A stretch of 64,000 nucleotides of DNA from Octopus sinensis. Taxonomy: Eukaryota. Position 1 is the stretch's first letter. Each line of letters opens with the position of its first letter. This document shows positions 36,901-50,993 of the stretch, piece by piece. The stretch spans positions 206,398,001-206,462,000 of the forward strand of contig NC_042997.1 in assembly GCF_006345805.1 (NCBI RefSeq). The letters run 5' to 3'. The position numbers and the translations under genes were made by a program. The notes beneath the pieces were generated by a model that was not told the origin of the DNA, ran no database searches, and was given only the letters and a program-made list of their open reading frames with translations.

Positions 36901-39900
36901 GGTACTTGAAAAAGTTGATGAGCGATTGGCCAGAGAGGTAAGTGTTTGTCTCTAATCCTTTCGCTCAAGTCCACCACACACATTCTTTCACCATGGCCAC
37001 CAGTATGATGAAGACTGCCTTGCCTTCCCGGTTGGGGGAAGGTGGCAGAGCAAGTGTCAAGATAGACTTTGCCGACTGGTGGACTCATCCCACGAGTGAC
37101 AGCAGCCGTTCAGCCTAAGCCCACAGGTCTGAAATGGTTGGACACTGCACGAGTGCGTGCGGAACAGGTTTGTCAATTTGACCGCATCTCGGGGCAAGTC
37201 AGTCCGGTGTGTCTCGAACTGTGCCTGTAGAGCTTATCCCAAACAGGTAATGCTTCTCAATAGCACTGCCAGGACAGGGATCTTTGGTGATTGTCCCGGC
37301 CCGAAAGTTGTCCTGACCAGGCAGGTCAGGTGTTCCTCGATGTCATAGCAAATGGCAGATACGAGCCATTTTATTTCTATTTTAGGAGGCACATTCTTTA
37401 TTTTAATTTTTGTGACCCTACGGCCAAGGTATAGATAAATAAAGATAGATAGATAGACAGACAGACAGAAAGGTAGATAGATAGATAGATAGATACATAC
37501 ATACATACATACATACATACATACATACATACATACATACATAGAAAGACAGATATGTCGGTAGACAAACAGACAGACTGATAAATAGATAGATAGATAG
37601 ATACATACATACATACATACATACAAAGAAAGACATATATGAATAGACAGACAGACAGATAGATAGTTAAATAGATAGACTGATAGATAGATAGATAACT
37701 TTCTTTATTGGCCACACAGTGCTGGACATAGAGGGGACAATTACAAATGTAGAGCTTTTCTTTTCGGTGATGGAAAAGGAAAAAGAAGAAAAAAAGGAAA
37801 CAAATGTAAAATTTCGATCAAAAGGGATCGGAAGAAAAAAAAAGCAATCAAAAGGGATGGTGTATCACAGAAAGAAAAAGATTTTTTTTTCAAAGTAACA
37901 AACAAGATTAGGTTCGTCCGTGGAAAGAAAAGCCTACAGAAAAGACCACGGTAACCTCAGGCAAGGGGGAAATAAACACATGAGAGCAAAGTGCTCTCTC
38001 TCTTGCTCTCTTTTACGATTTACAGGATCATGCTCAAAGTGATTTCGTCACTCGAACGCACCATCTTTGCTACATTCACCCACCTTTTTTTTGAAACTAT
38101 CACAAGCAAAACCTGCCTTTCCATTCTTACCTTCATGAGCGATTGGCCAGAGAGGTAAGTGTTTGTCTCTAATCCTTTCGCTCGAGTCCACCACACACAT
38201 TCTTTCACCATAGCCACAGAAAGAGAGCGACAAAGACAGACGGAGTGAGAGAGAGAGAGAGAGAGAAGGAGTAGCTTATTACAACATTGGAAGAAAAACT
38301 GCAAATCGTCATTCTTTCTCTCTCTCCCCCCTCACTCTCTATATTTATGATGATGATAATGATGATGATATTTCGGTAACAGAATGCATCCCCTTCATCA
38401 CCACCACCACCCGTGTGCGATAGAATTTGTGGAGTTAGATATTCTATGGCTTGATGCCTTTCCTGTCACCAACCCTCACCTCGTTCCAAGGGAGGTAACT
38501 ATTTCCGCATTTTACAGAACATCACAAACTATTAGAAACAAAGGACACTGCTTGCATAACATGGACACTCGTTTACAGCTAACAAATAATGTAAAGGCAA
38601 GGAGACACACTCACATATGTATGAATGGCGCCTCTCATTTACTGCCTGTCAGACCCAATCACAGAGCTTTGATTGGCCTAAGGCTATAGTTAAAGACACT
38701 TGCTCAAGGTGCCATACAGTGAGACTGAACCTAAATCAAGATAATTAAAAGTAATAGCAACAGAAGCAGTATTAATACCAAAAGCAATCTTTATATCCAA
38801 CTAAATGTGGATGTTGTGTTAGAACATCAAGTACTACCTTAATTACCTTGAGAGGACCTCTCATATGGACGTACGGTCCATAAATGCATGCAAATTTATA
38901 TTGTTGGTAGACAACAATCATCTGCTACAGGCACCAGAACTGCCAGATCACGTATTTTCGCTCTGCTCAGGTTCATCAGTGATAGACGCCCTGTAGCAAC
39001 ACAACAGCCAAATCTCCCTGTCAACGATATATAGACAGTGATGTCACAAATAGCCTGAAGGCTTATTAAAGATAATTAATAGCAACAGAAGCAGTTTTAG
39101 TACCAAAAGGCATTCTTTATGTCCATATGCTGCAATGAAGAAATAGGGGAAATTCCTGTCCACTGTAGAACTGTTTGTGGAGTTCTTTCTTTTTGAATCT
39201 TTTCTCTTTTCCTTTGTCATCTCTCTTATGAATGACCATGATCCTAATTGTTGGACCTCCTCCACCTCCTCCTTCTTGCTTATAATATCAAAAAATAATT
39301 ACCTTGTACTCTGCTTTTGTTGCTCAAATATTCTTGGCTACACAAGATGCACCAAAGAACCTCAACTTCAACATTCTTGATAGACATTTCAACAGCAAAC
39401 ACAAGACTCAGCAGTTTTAATGAGAATGGTGAGTGGAGAGAAGAAACAATACAACTTCAGCTACATGAAGACACCATTGCCACATGTTTAACTTCACTAA
39501 CACCACATCAGTGGTCAGTATGGAAGGTTTTTCTGCTGCATCCACTGCAATACCATGTCTCCCAGTAGACTGGAAGGTCGTGGATGGAATATCTTTGATC
39601 TGAGTGACAAAGTAATTTTCCTCATTTCCTTATTACTGATTAGAAAGAAATCATTAAATATTTCAAATATTTTGTTTGTCTTTTGTTAAATTAAATCTCT
39701 TCTCTTTAAAAAAGCAAAAAATTAAACAAAAATGATTCTCATGGTTTTGAATTTTACAGAAATTTGAGGAATGTCTCCAAAATAAAGACGAAAATGAAGG
39801 AATGATGGATAAACAGGAAAAGGAAAGATTTCATTCAAAAGGTAAACAATTTGTTCCTTAATATTGAATATCATTGTGCTTTGTCATGTCTGTGTTAAAC

Positions 39901-42900
39901 ACCTCTGATTATTATCAATTTTATTGTTGTTGTTGTTGTTATTTCCATCATCATCTTTCAGTTCTGTTTCCATTTCTTGCCAAGTGCCTTCCTGACACCT
40001 AGGGCAGAGAAACACACAGTATACATTGGTAGGTAATTAAAATATACACGCTAACTCATTCATTTACAAAGTCATGTGATAGAGAAAAAGGAGAAAAAAG
40101 ACAGAGAAAAAATAAAAAAGAAAAAAAGTAAACAAAGAAAATGAAAGGGAAAAAAAGAAAGAAAATTCACAGTGATAATGCTCTTCTCAATACGTGAGAC
40201 CAGTTACCAGTTAAGACAATCTTTTGCACTTCCTGCATGGATGGTAATCCAGGGATCATTCTTAAATAATTTTCAGTTCCTTTTTTGATCATTCCAAGTG
40301 CTCCTACAATCACTGGTATTGTAGCCATCTTGAGATGCCACATCTTTTTGATTTCAATCAGCAGATCTTTATATTTTCTGAGTTTATCAAATTCTTTTGC
40401 TGAGACATCATAGTCACAAAGTACGCTCACATCAATCAATAAACAGACTTTATTGTTTTGGTCTTTCAAAACAATTTCTGGTTTATTAGCTTTGATGGTC
40501 ACATCTGTACATACTGGGAAGTCCCAAAGAATCGTTACATTTTCTCCCTCTCTAACAGCCTCAGAGTGGTGCTTGTACCATTTGTCAGCAGTTTTGATTT
40601 TATGATACTGATACATTATCCAAAGTAGATATTGGCCAACACTGTCGTGTCTTGATCTCTACTCTACAGGTGGTAAAAACCTTGGATCGAGAGATTAGGT
40701 GGTCCACTGTTTCAATCCCATCCTTGCAGTATTAGCACTTTTGGTCTACACCATTTTTTATCACATTGGCTTGATAGTTCCAGGTCAATAATCTCTGCTC
40801 TTGGGCAGCCAAGATAAACCTTCACTCTCTGCCGTTAGCCCTGAGCTTCTGGTCTACATCAGCTTGTTTGCTATGGGCCACATATTTGCCATGCTGGGGT
40901 TTTTGTTCCCACCCATCATCCAATTGTTCAAACGCATTTTGCTTTCCTATTGGTTTCACCTTCTTTGCAACTAGAGTTGTTGCACTTCCCTCATGCTGTT
41001 CAATTTATGTATAAACTCACTTGAACATTTTTTGCTCTCCTTCATTACAGAAGGAAGCTTATTATGTCTTTCATGCTTTTCAATGAGATTTAGCATCCAT
41101 TTATTAGATGTTTCAAGATATTTCGCCAGTCCAGTTGTGATGGTTTTGTTGGAGATTTCAAATCGAACCAAGCCTCGACCTCCTTGAGCTCTGGGTATGT
41201 AAAGACAATCTGCATCTGCCATTGGTTGGTGCATCTTTTTGCAAGTCAGCAGCTCATGGATTTTCCTGTCAATCTTCCTTATTTCGCTCATATTCCAGTT
41301 CAACACATTGAAACTGTAAATAACAACCGGAACTGCTAAGGATTTCATAGCTAACACTTTGTTACATGTATTTAACTCAGATTTTAGGACTGCTTGAACT
41401 CACCTTTACCATTCCTTCTCTATCATTCTTGCATGCTGAATGCCAGAACCCTCATTTATTCCGAGGTATTTGTAAGTTTCTTCTGCTTGAGTTCTTCTAT
41501 GACTGTGGCAACATCCAACTCTACTGAATGTGAGGTCTTCAGTTTTCCTTTCTGGAAAGTGACCCTAGCACACTTATCAAAACCAAGTTCCATCCCGATG
41601 TCATCACTGAACACTTTCACAGTATGTAGCAGTCCTTCAAGCTCATTATCATCTTTGCCACAGAGTTTTAAGTCATCCATATAAAACAGATGACTTGTTT
41701 TCTTGTCCCCAATTTTATATTCATACCCTGTTCTGTTGAATTCATCTGTAAGGGGTATTAGGGCTATGCAGAAAATTGAAGGTGAAAGTAATTTTTTGTT
41801 GCAGTGTTTCTTTTGCTGAAAGCAGTTCTTCTCTTGGTGAGAATTTATGTTTTCTCTTCATCTTTCTTCCTTTTATGGTTTTTACATCGTTTCCACAGAT
41901 GAGTTCATTCAATATTGATATTTCATTTCTCTTTATTTCAATCTCTTTTTCAATTTTACTTTTCCAGTTTGGAATTCTTCTCAGGTTTGTATTTCTTGGT
42001 TTTTCTCAGAGGCATACAACTGGCTTCAATTGTCTTAGCAGCTGCATAAATCATTTCATTTAATTCAGTGAGATCTGGTTTTAGTTCTTGTATAATTTCC
42101 TTTGTTACATAGTTTCCAATTTTAATTTGTTTTCTATTTTGGATTACATTTGAGAATTTATGAAGGGATTCTCTATTATGCATATTGTTGTGTCTTGCAA
42201 CTGCAAGGTTATTCAAGATTTTCTGCTTCAGTTCTATCATAGACTCTCTATGTTCTTCAGTAAAGGTGCAGTCTTCAAACACTGTTTCTTTACCACTTAC
42301 CTTGTTATCTTTCTCAGGTTACAATTTATTTCTCCAGACGTTTGCATATTCTGGTCAGATGGCAGTTTTTTAATGGAGACTCGTGTAGAGTTGCGCTCTT
42401 CGTCTGGTTCTTCATTTCCTTGTTGTCTTATATTTAAGTCTTTTTTCTGCTGTGCACTTGATTGTGGTTATTTCACTATCTGTGAGTCTTTTATTTCTGA
42501 AGATATCCCTCCTAACATTTGCTAACTTGTTTTCCTCCAAATATAGTCTGTTGTCTTGATTTCGTGTTCTCCATATTTGATAAGAGCACGTGGTGTGTTT
42601 CATTTCAGATGATCAGCCTAATGCATAATACTAGGCATACATTACTTCTGTATACTCTTCTTGGGTCCATTCTGTCTGTGGTGGTGGACTTGGAGGGCTT
42701 GAGTTGGGGCAGTTCCCATTCAAGTGACCATCCAGGTTCATATTCAGAGAAGGGTTTGTGCCAGTGTGTCTTTATAAGATTGTTTGTTATGATGTGTTAT
42801 TTTTATGGGGCTATGCATTTAACCCTTTCGTTACTATATTTCTGACCAAAATACACCCCTCATGAATTTCAATTAAATTCTAAAATAATCATGAATTTAG

Positions 42901-45900
42901 GCTTGTTTCATTAAATAACTGTAACTTTTTTACTTATCTTAAAGTGATATTTGGAATATAATTAAAGAAAGGGTTCTTAATCAATTCTATTGCATAACTT
43001 TTGTCTCAAAGTGACTTTAATTACAGGTAAATCCAGGTAAATTGAGCAAAAGGTAAAAATATTAAAATTTTGTTTAAACATCACCATGTTTAAAATGAAT
43101 CATCAGCTAATATTCAGTCGGGTATGCAACAAAATTTTGATAAAGAAGAATTGTGCACATCACTAGATTATCAGTTGTATTTAATGCACAACAGGTGTAC
43201 CATAAAGGTGGAATAAACTGAAATACTGGAATCCACCGCAAGTTTGACCGAACTAAAGAAATTGGTCAAAAAATAATATACGGCCCTGGTTCTGGTATGG
43301 AAGTGATAAATTCCAGACCACATCGTTCCCTAGGCCATGCTGACTAACATTATTTTCCCTGTATAAAAACTAAATCCCCGCAGTACCCAGTATTTGCTTC
43401 ACAAATTTTCCGAAATTTGAACCCCCATTTTGTGTTTGTTTACATTCTGCGTAAGTTTGTTTCCGCATTGATCGCTTCAAACAATAACTTCCAGACCACA
43501 CCAGTACCCAGTATTTGCTTCACAAATTTTCCAAACTTTGAACCCCCATTTTGTGTTTGTTTACAATCTGCATAAATTTGTTTTCGAAGTGGTTGCTTCA
43601 AACTAGCATACTGAAAAAGATAAAAGTCTAATGGTTTCACTTCCAAAGAAAGGCTATAGATAAACTTTATCTCCTCAGAAAAATTGCTAATAAAAACATT
43701 TTTAAAGTTTTTTACTTCATTCCTATGCAAATTCGTCTTCGCTGTCGCCATCGCCAATTTGTTTCTTCAAAATCGCTTTCATTTTCGGATTAAAAAAATC
43801 CTATTCATTATTTTGTACACCACGTGCTTTAAGACCTCATGCATTCTTTTTCTCGATATCTCCCTATTTTCCGTTGGAAAAGCTTTAAATTCGGAATCAA
43901 TGCTTGATAATATGAAACTCCTATCCATTTTCAAAGTTGAAGAAAAATCGATGCCGAAAAAAATGTGGAAAAAAATCTCCCAAAATTCACTGAGTTGAGA
44001 TATCACATCAAGCAATGTCGGATACTATAAACCAACTATTTACAAAGTGAAATCGCATGTTTTAACGAATATACCAACAAGATTTGGGTTCAGATTTACA
44101 TTTAAATAACAATAGGTTCTCACGGCCAGGTTGGTATTATTCAGATCTACTCTGAATAACCTATTCTGTTGGTAACCCTTCATTCTTTGGTCGTATCTTA
44201 CCATCTTTGCTTTCTTGGCAACGAGGCACTACTTCAGTTCCTCCATTACTACTTTCAGGCCCTTTCTTTCGATATTATACTTCCTTTTCAGTGCCCTGTA
44301 TTGTTGTTTGCTTTTAAGCTTCCCTTACTCTTTTCAGTCTAGCACAGGGATTTCCTTCGGGGGCATATCTAACCCCACCTGTATTCTTCTTTTCCACCAT
44401 GGATCTTTTCTTTTGTCACTCCCATTATGTTTCTTTTTCTTGACATCAACACCCACATTTTCTGCTACAACAATACTTGCTGCCTTGATCAAATTATTTG
44501 TTTCTGTGATGTTGTTTGTTCTGATGTATTTCAGAATTTCATTGACATTTTTCGTTTCTTAGTTCAATTTCCATCGATCAACCTTTTTAAGGTTGCAAAT
44601 AATGTCGCTATCATTCTCTTGTAGTCTTACCTTTATTCTGTCTTAGATTGCCCTTTGCCCATTAGTTTACATAAATTTGCACCTGTGCCGGTGGAATGTA
44701 AACACACTCCACTGTCATGCAAATGGCACTAATGCTGATGGCACGTAAAAGCACTTGTTACACTCTTGGATTGGTTATGAAGGGCAACCAGCCTGGAGCC
44801 TGGTGCAGCTTACCAGCCCTGGTCAGACCGTCCAACCCATGCCAGCATGAATGATGTTAAATGATGACAATGATGATAATGAATACTTTCTTGACAGAAT
44901 TTTTTTCATTCAGCCTTTGTTTTTGTTTCACTCTACAATGTGAGCTTTTATGTCCAATTTTTCCACACTGAAAATGTTTTTTACTTTTTGGAATGGTCAA
45001 TTACATTTAAAATGTAAACCTTTGCACCCATAGCATTCGATCTTGATATATTTTTTCTTTTCTTTTTTCTAATCCTTTACAGGTTGGCATGCATAAATAT
45101 AAGAGCAATCTTTTCTTCACTTACATCAGTATCATGCCTTAAATTCATAATTCTCTCACATCCTTCTGCTACTGCCTGTAGAGTTAATTTTTGGTTCTGT
45201 TCTAATTTTGTTAATATCTGAGAATATGTACCTGCATCTTTGCTTTCGGTTAGCCCTAGAACGAAAATTAGACATTTGAACATGTCTGAGGTCAGTTTAT
45301 TTAATTTGAATTTTTCACATTCTCTGTTAACAACCCCACCATAGGTGACGAAATTTCCATCATATTTCGCAACCAAATTTAAATACTGCCAGTGAGTATT
45401 GAACCGGGAACTCATTTCATTGAAAATTTTCAATAAAATTTGTTTCCTCAAAACAAATCTCAGCTTGATTCTTCAGCAGGGGATAACTTTCTTAAAAGTG
45501 GTCCCACTTCTTTCTTGTCAGTCCAGTTTTGATGTTCTTGTTCAAGATTTCTTCGTCTCTTCAAAAATGTGCAGAAAATGTTGTTCCTTCTTCTTCTGAG
45601 TTATAACTGAACTCTCCTCCAGTTCAGTTTACTCCATTGTCTGCTGACAATGACTATGACATACTTTTGGATATCTTGAATATTACTTGCACCAACTGTT
45701 GGTTTTGTTGTTGTTGCTGCTTTTGCAACTGCACTATGTAGGCCATAAGTCCTCCATGTTAACGATTTTTTCGTACAAAAAATTTGAGCGTCTGAATGCA
45801 AGCTTCAAACACCTCATCATCACTTTTATATTCTTGTTGTTTGGATATAGGATTAAAATGGAAGCTGGGCAAAAGCAATGTATTCACATGATACACTACT

Positions 45901-48900
45901 AATACTTCAACGTCAGACTCCAAATGCCTTCTGCCTCTCAATGAAGTACGTTACTCTTTTATGAATCTACTTTCAATCCCACAGGGGCGTTACTCTCTAT
46001 TCACCACAACATAACTACTACCCCACGTCCTGCAGAGATCAATAAGTTAGTGTCTACTATATTTTTAGTACCTATCCTACTGATAACAGAACATACTTTT
46101 CTGGTAACATCTAGCAACTTCCTCTTAATGCTGGTAATCTTTTTCCTGTCTTCTTTACCCATTACTTCCTTCAACTTATTTAAAATCTGCTCATCTTCCT
46201 CACTTATGTTGCTGGTGTCAGGTTTCTTTTCCTGATCAGTTATTGTTTTGTCTTCTAGGCTCTTCATTTGCTTGAACTGTATCACTGATGTTGTTTAGCC
46301 GTTCTAATTCTTGACCTCTCTCTTTTTTGTTGTCTTGTGATCTTTTCCATCGCCAATTCTGTCATCCACTTTCTTCTCCTAATAGCATTAGCTTGGTTCA
46401 CTAGTCTCTGCTCTGTTACTTCAAACATACATTTTTTCAGCCAAAGCATTAACATGCGTTTCCTGTAACCATTGCCCCCATTTCCTTCTTGAGCCACTGC
46501 TGAGTGAGAAGCCTTCCCTTAAAGGTCTAGCCTCATTTGTTATCACTAGAGTTTCTGTGTAAATTCAGGTCTCTCACAACCTGAATTAAGGCAATGTTCA
46601 TCTGTGTTTTTTATCTTGACTGCTTCAAAATGCATCTGACATTGTTATTTCCTTTCTTATCATTATTACTATTGCTGTTAATTTATGCTCCAGTTACCAG
46701 TGTAGTGACGGTATACAGCGGCGCGCGCGCGCACCGTCCATTCCTGTTTCGCGCGTGCGGAGTTTGTGCCTTCTGATGGGCAGAGAGAGGAAGGGCCCTC
46801 TCGCGCATGCGCGAAGCCCCGAAAGAAGGACCCTTTTGCCTACGTGGCAGTTAGCCGAGGCAGGGGAATCGTAGGACGTTGACCACTAGCGTCCAGCAGC
46901 AGTCATTGACTTGAGACAAAAGCGACTGAAGGCAACAGACGTGAAATTCTTTCTCTCTGTCCGAACTTGACATAGCAGCAGCTTTACCAAAAGACTTTTA
47001 ACCTGAATTGTTGCAGACAACATCATCTTCTTCTTTCCGGACGCCATCTTTGACCAGTGTCGTTAGCATTTGAACACTGTAGATTCTACAGCGATATAGT
47101 TCAGCTCTGACACATCTATACCAAAGGGATACCCAGATATACCACTTATTTGTTACTGTCATAAGAGAATAAAGTATATATATATTATTTATGTCTGCGT
47201 CTTGTTGTTTCTGACTGGTAGAGAATCTGGATTATTAAAGCAACGGAAAGTGATTGCTTCTCGCACCCCCAAAAGGTCCAGAGAAGATATTCACTAGTTT
47301 GTTACACCAGCTTAGTAATTTTAGTAAATTCTGTATTATCACTATCATCATCATCATCATCATCATTTAACATCTGTTGTCCATGCTGGCATGGGTTGGA
47401 CGGCTTGACTGAGCTGGCATGCTGGAAGGCTGCACCAGACTCCAATCTGATTTGGCATGGTTTTCTATGGCTGGATGCCCTTCCTAATGCCAACCACTCC
47501 AAGAGTGTAATGGGTGCTTTTATGTGCAACTGGCACGGGTGCCATTAGCTTGATGGGTCTTCTTCTCAAGCATGACATAATGCCAAAGGTCTTGGTTATT
47601 GCCTCTGTGAGGCCCATTCAAATTTAGTTGAATGCAACACAAAAGATCCATTTTCTTAGGGTTTCTCTAAATATTTATCATTAATTAGAGAGATTTTCAA
47701 TCTGAGTACTAAGGAAGAAGAAATAATTAAACAACACTTAACATCATTCACTATTCAAGAGTCCCAAGATGGTAGCAGTGATGTACTAGATGGTGATGTA
47801 TAGCAATAATTAAAGAGCAGTTGTTATCACTCCCCACAGGGATAAGATGATAGTCTTTTTCAGGTTAACTTCATTATTTCAAGAACCGATAGCTCTTCAC
47901 TGAACAGAAAAACAGGAAACACTTGAATTATTATTTAATCTTGAAGCTGCACCATAAGAAATCTTCTGCTTGTTTGGTTATTTTTCATTGACAAAATAAA
48001 TATTTCTTCTATTTCAGATGATGAAGATGAAGAAATAGAAGATAATGTCTCTGCTGGTCAAAAAGACGTTGGTGTCACATTGAAATTCTTTGCTGAATAC
48101 CAAAATCTTGACAATGCTATAGAAACTGTTAAAAAGGAGTACGATTCTCTATTAACAACTGAGAAAATACCATTTGATGTGGACTTGACAGAATCTCGAG
48201 TAAGTTGTCCACAACAATACAGGGTTCTTATTTAATTATTTATTTATTTATTTATTTATTATCTCCATATTATTACACCTGCTAAGGGAGATAAGTCAGG
48301 ATTAAATTCAAGTTATTTCCCTTGGCTTCTGTACTAGCGTTGCTACAACTCTTTTGCAAGGTAGTGGTAAATCTTCACAGTATATTCAAGCTTCCATTTC
48401 CTTTGAGTGAAATGTGTGCAATGTTCCACCAAATTCTGATCAAGGAAACATTCTTAGGCAAGTAAAAGTCTTCAGTATTGACGAAGCTTCAATGATACCA
48501 GTTTATGCTTTGGAAGCTGTAGACAATTGTTTAAGAGCTATTATGAATGGTAACAGTATATTTGGAAGTCACTAACTACCAGTCAATGTTGTGGGGTACA
48601 TTCTTCGCCTGGGAAGGTTTTGGCATTTATAAGCAGCCATCTTTCCCTTTTTCTGGCAAGGATGTAGTCGATTTGGCTAGTATGTCGGCCCGATCGGTAG
48701 GTGACCAGGTGGCTTGTAGGTTTCCTGAAGTTAGTGTTGCAAACCATAAGACTATTCGCATCGCAGAACTCCAGCAGCCTGGTTCCCTCCTCGTTGCGGG
48801 AACCATAACCGTAGCCTCCATGTACACCATGGAAGCCCCCAGCATGTCGTCCAACATGCCCATTGAAGTCACCAGCCACAAAGAGAAGGTCCCTGTCGTT

Positions 48901-50913
48901 CGTCAATGAGGTGGTCTGCAGTAGGGTGTCATAGAATTGGTCTTTCTGTCCATCGGGTAGCCCTGGTTGAGAGGCATAGGCCGATATAATGGTTGCTAAA
49001 CTATGATGAAGCAATTATCTAATCTTAAGTATTCTGCCACATACTCTGACTACCTCGATTACCTTATCTACCCATTTTTCGGTGATAAGTATACCCACAC
49101 CCCCGACCCCGTCAGTATTCCCAGCCCAGAAAATCTTGTACCTCTGTCCTTTGCCTGAGAGGAACCTAGCAGAACCTCCTCTCCACCTCACTTCTTGAAT
49201 GCAGCATATATCAACACACCTCTGTTCAAGCAATTCAACGATCTCGCCAGACCTGCCTTTCAGTGTGCCAACGTTAAGGGTGACAACCCTGAGGGTGTGG
49301 GCGGTATTGGCCCTAGTAGCTTCATGAACCTGAAAAGAAAACTCGCGTTTGGCAGGATTCATAGACAAACAATAAAACTTAAGATCAAACCGCGTACACT
49401 ACACTAACATATTTTGCAATGAATGACCACTACCTTTTATGGAAGGGGGTGGGGGTGGCGTAAGACTTTGAAGTGTACATGGGAGACAACAAGAATGAGA
49501 AAATTTAGGACTTCCTGTAACGGTGGAGGTTTTGCACTGCGAAAACAAGCAGCCATGTAGGGGCACCTCTCATTTCTTGGAAAAGGAATACTTATTAGTA
49601 GGTATAAAATACCTAAATTTGAGAGAGATATTTTGCAGATGGATCTGTGTTTTTGACCAGAAAATACATTTTAAGAGAATCTGAAGAAGAAATTGTTTGG
49701 CTAATTTAAAAAATATTTCAGATGATTTAGAATTTAGAATGATTTAGAATATTTCAAATAAGAAGATAATATTTCATAACTTGACTGCTGTCCAATGTTG
49801 TACAATATGAAAATTGGAGATGTGAGATATTCTGGACTTCAAGAGAGAGTATCATAGGAAATCAAAATATTGTGCAGATGGTTAGTGGTATGCTTGCACT
49901 TAATGATCCTGAAAAGAATAAAGAGGTATGATGCCAGTGCTGCTATGAAATGTAGAGAATGACTGGGAGAAAGAGAATTTTCCCAATATGGACCCAACAG
50001 AGGGACCAGCCACCCAAGTTGACAGCAGTATGACAGATACAGCTTAAAAGGGTATGAAAATAGAGAAAGTCCTTGATCCATCACGAATTAGTTGGGATGC
50101 TGAAAGTATCCGGTGGAGTCAGCTATGACCTAATGCTGTGAATCAGACTATACGAGAAGATGTCACATTCAGTGAATGGTACTTGGTATTTGTTGACCTG
50201 GAGAAAGCCTTTCACTGGTTCTCTGCTGTATGATGAGGTAGACTCTGAGGAAGCTAGAAGTTGATTAATGGCTTGTGAGAGACATACAAGCCATATACAG
50301 GAGTGCAATCAATAAGGTGAGCGTTGTCCATGAGTACAGTAATGAATTTAGGTTACAGGTAGGAGTGCAACAGGACTCGGTTATCAGTCCTCCCTTATCC
50401 ATCATTACTCTTCATAACATAGCAGAAGAATTTAAACTGGGTGCCCTTGGGAGCTAGTCTATGCTGATGACATCATTCTCAAGGCAGAATCTATTGTAGA
50501 ATTAGAAAAGAGATTCCAGGTGTGGACGAAAACTTTAGAATTGAAGTTGCTTAAGATTAATTTAGCCAAGACCAAAGTTCTATAGAAAGCAGGAAAGCAG
50601 ACAAGACTCCACTGCCCACAAGTCTCACTTGACGTATGGGAAATGTGTAGGCAGGAATTCTGTTCTGAGTACCCAGTGCAAACTATGGATGCATAAGTAG
50701 TGCAGTGGAATCACAGGGAAGCTAAAAGAGGAAGAAGTGATTGTATGTGGAAGATACTAAGGAGACAATAGGAAATAGATTTTCTCAAATACCTTGGGAA
50801 CTCCTTAGAAGAAATGATGTACTGAAAGTATAGTTGCTAGAATAAGAACTGGATGGAGAAAATTCAGGGAGTTATTACCTCTGTTGGCTATGAAAGAACT
50901 CTTTACTTTCTCT

Positions 50914-50993
<80 letters not shown>

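Noticed and set aside
49320-49345. Splice-acceptor-like ttttcttttcag at the 5' edge of the minus-strand RTE fragment
   Set aside because: Antisense to the host gene, with no upstream exon or donor identifiable; such motifs are common by chance in AT-rich DNA
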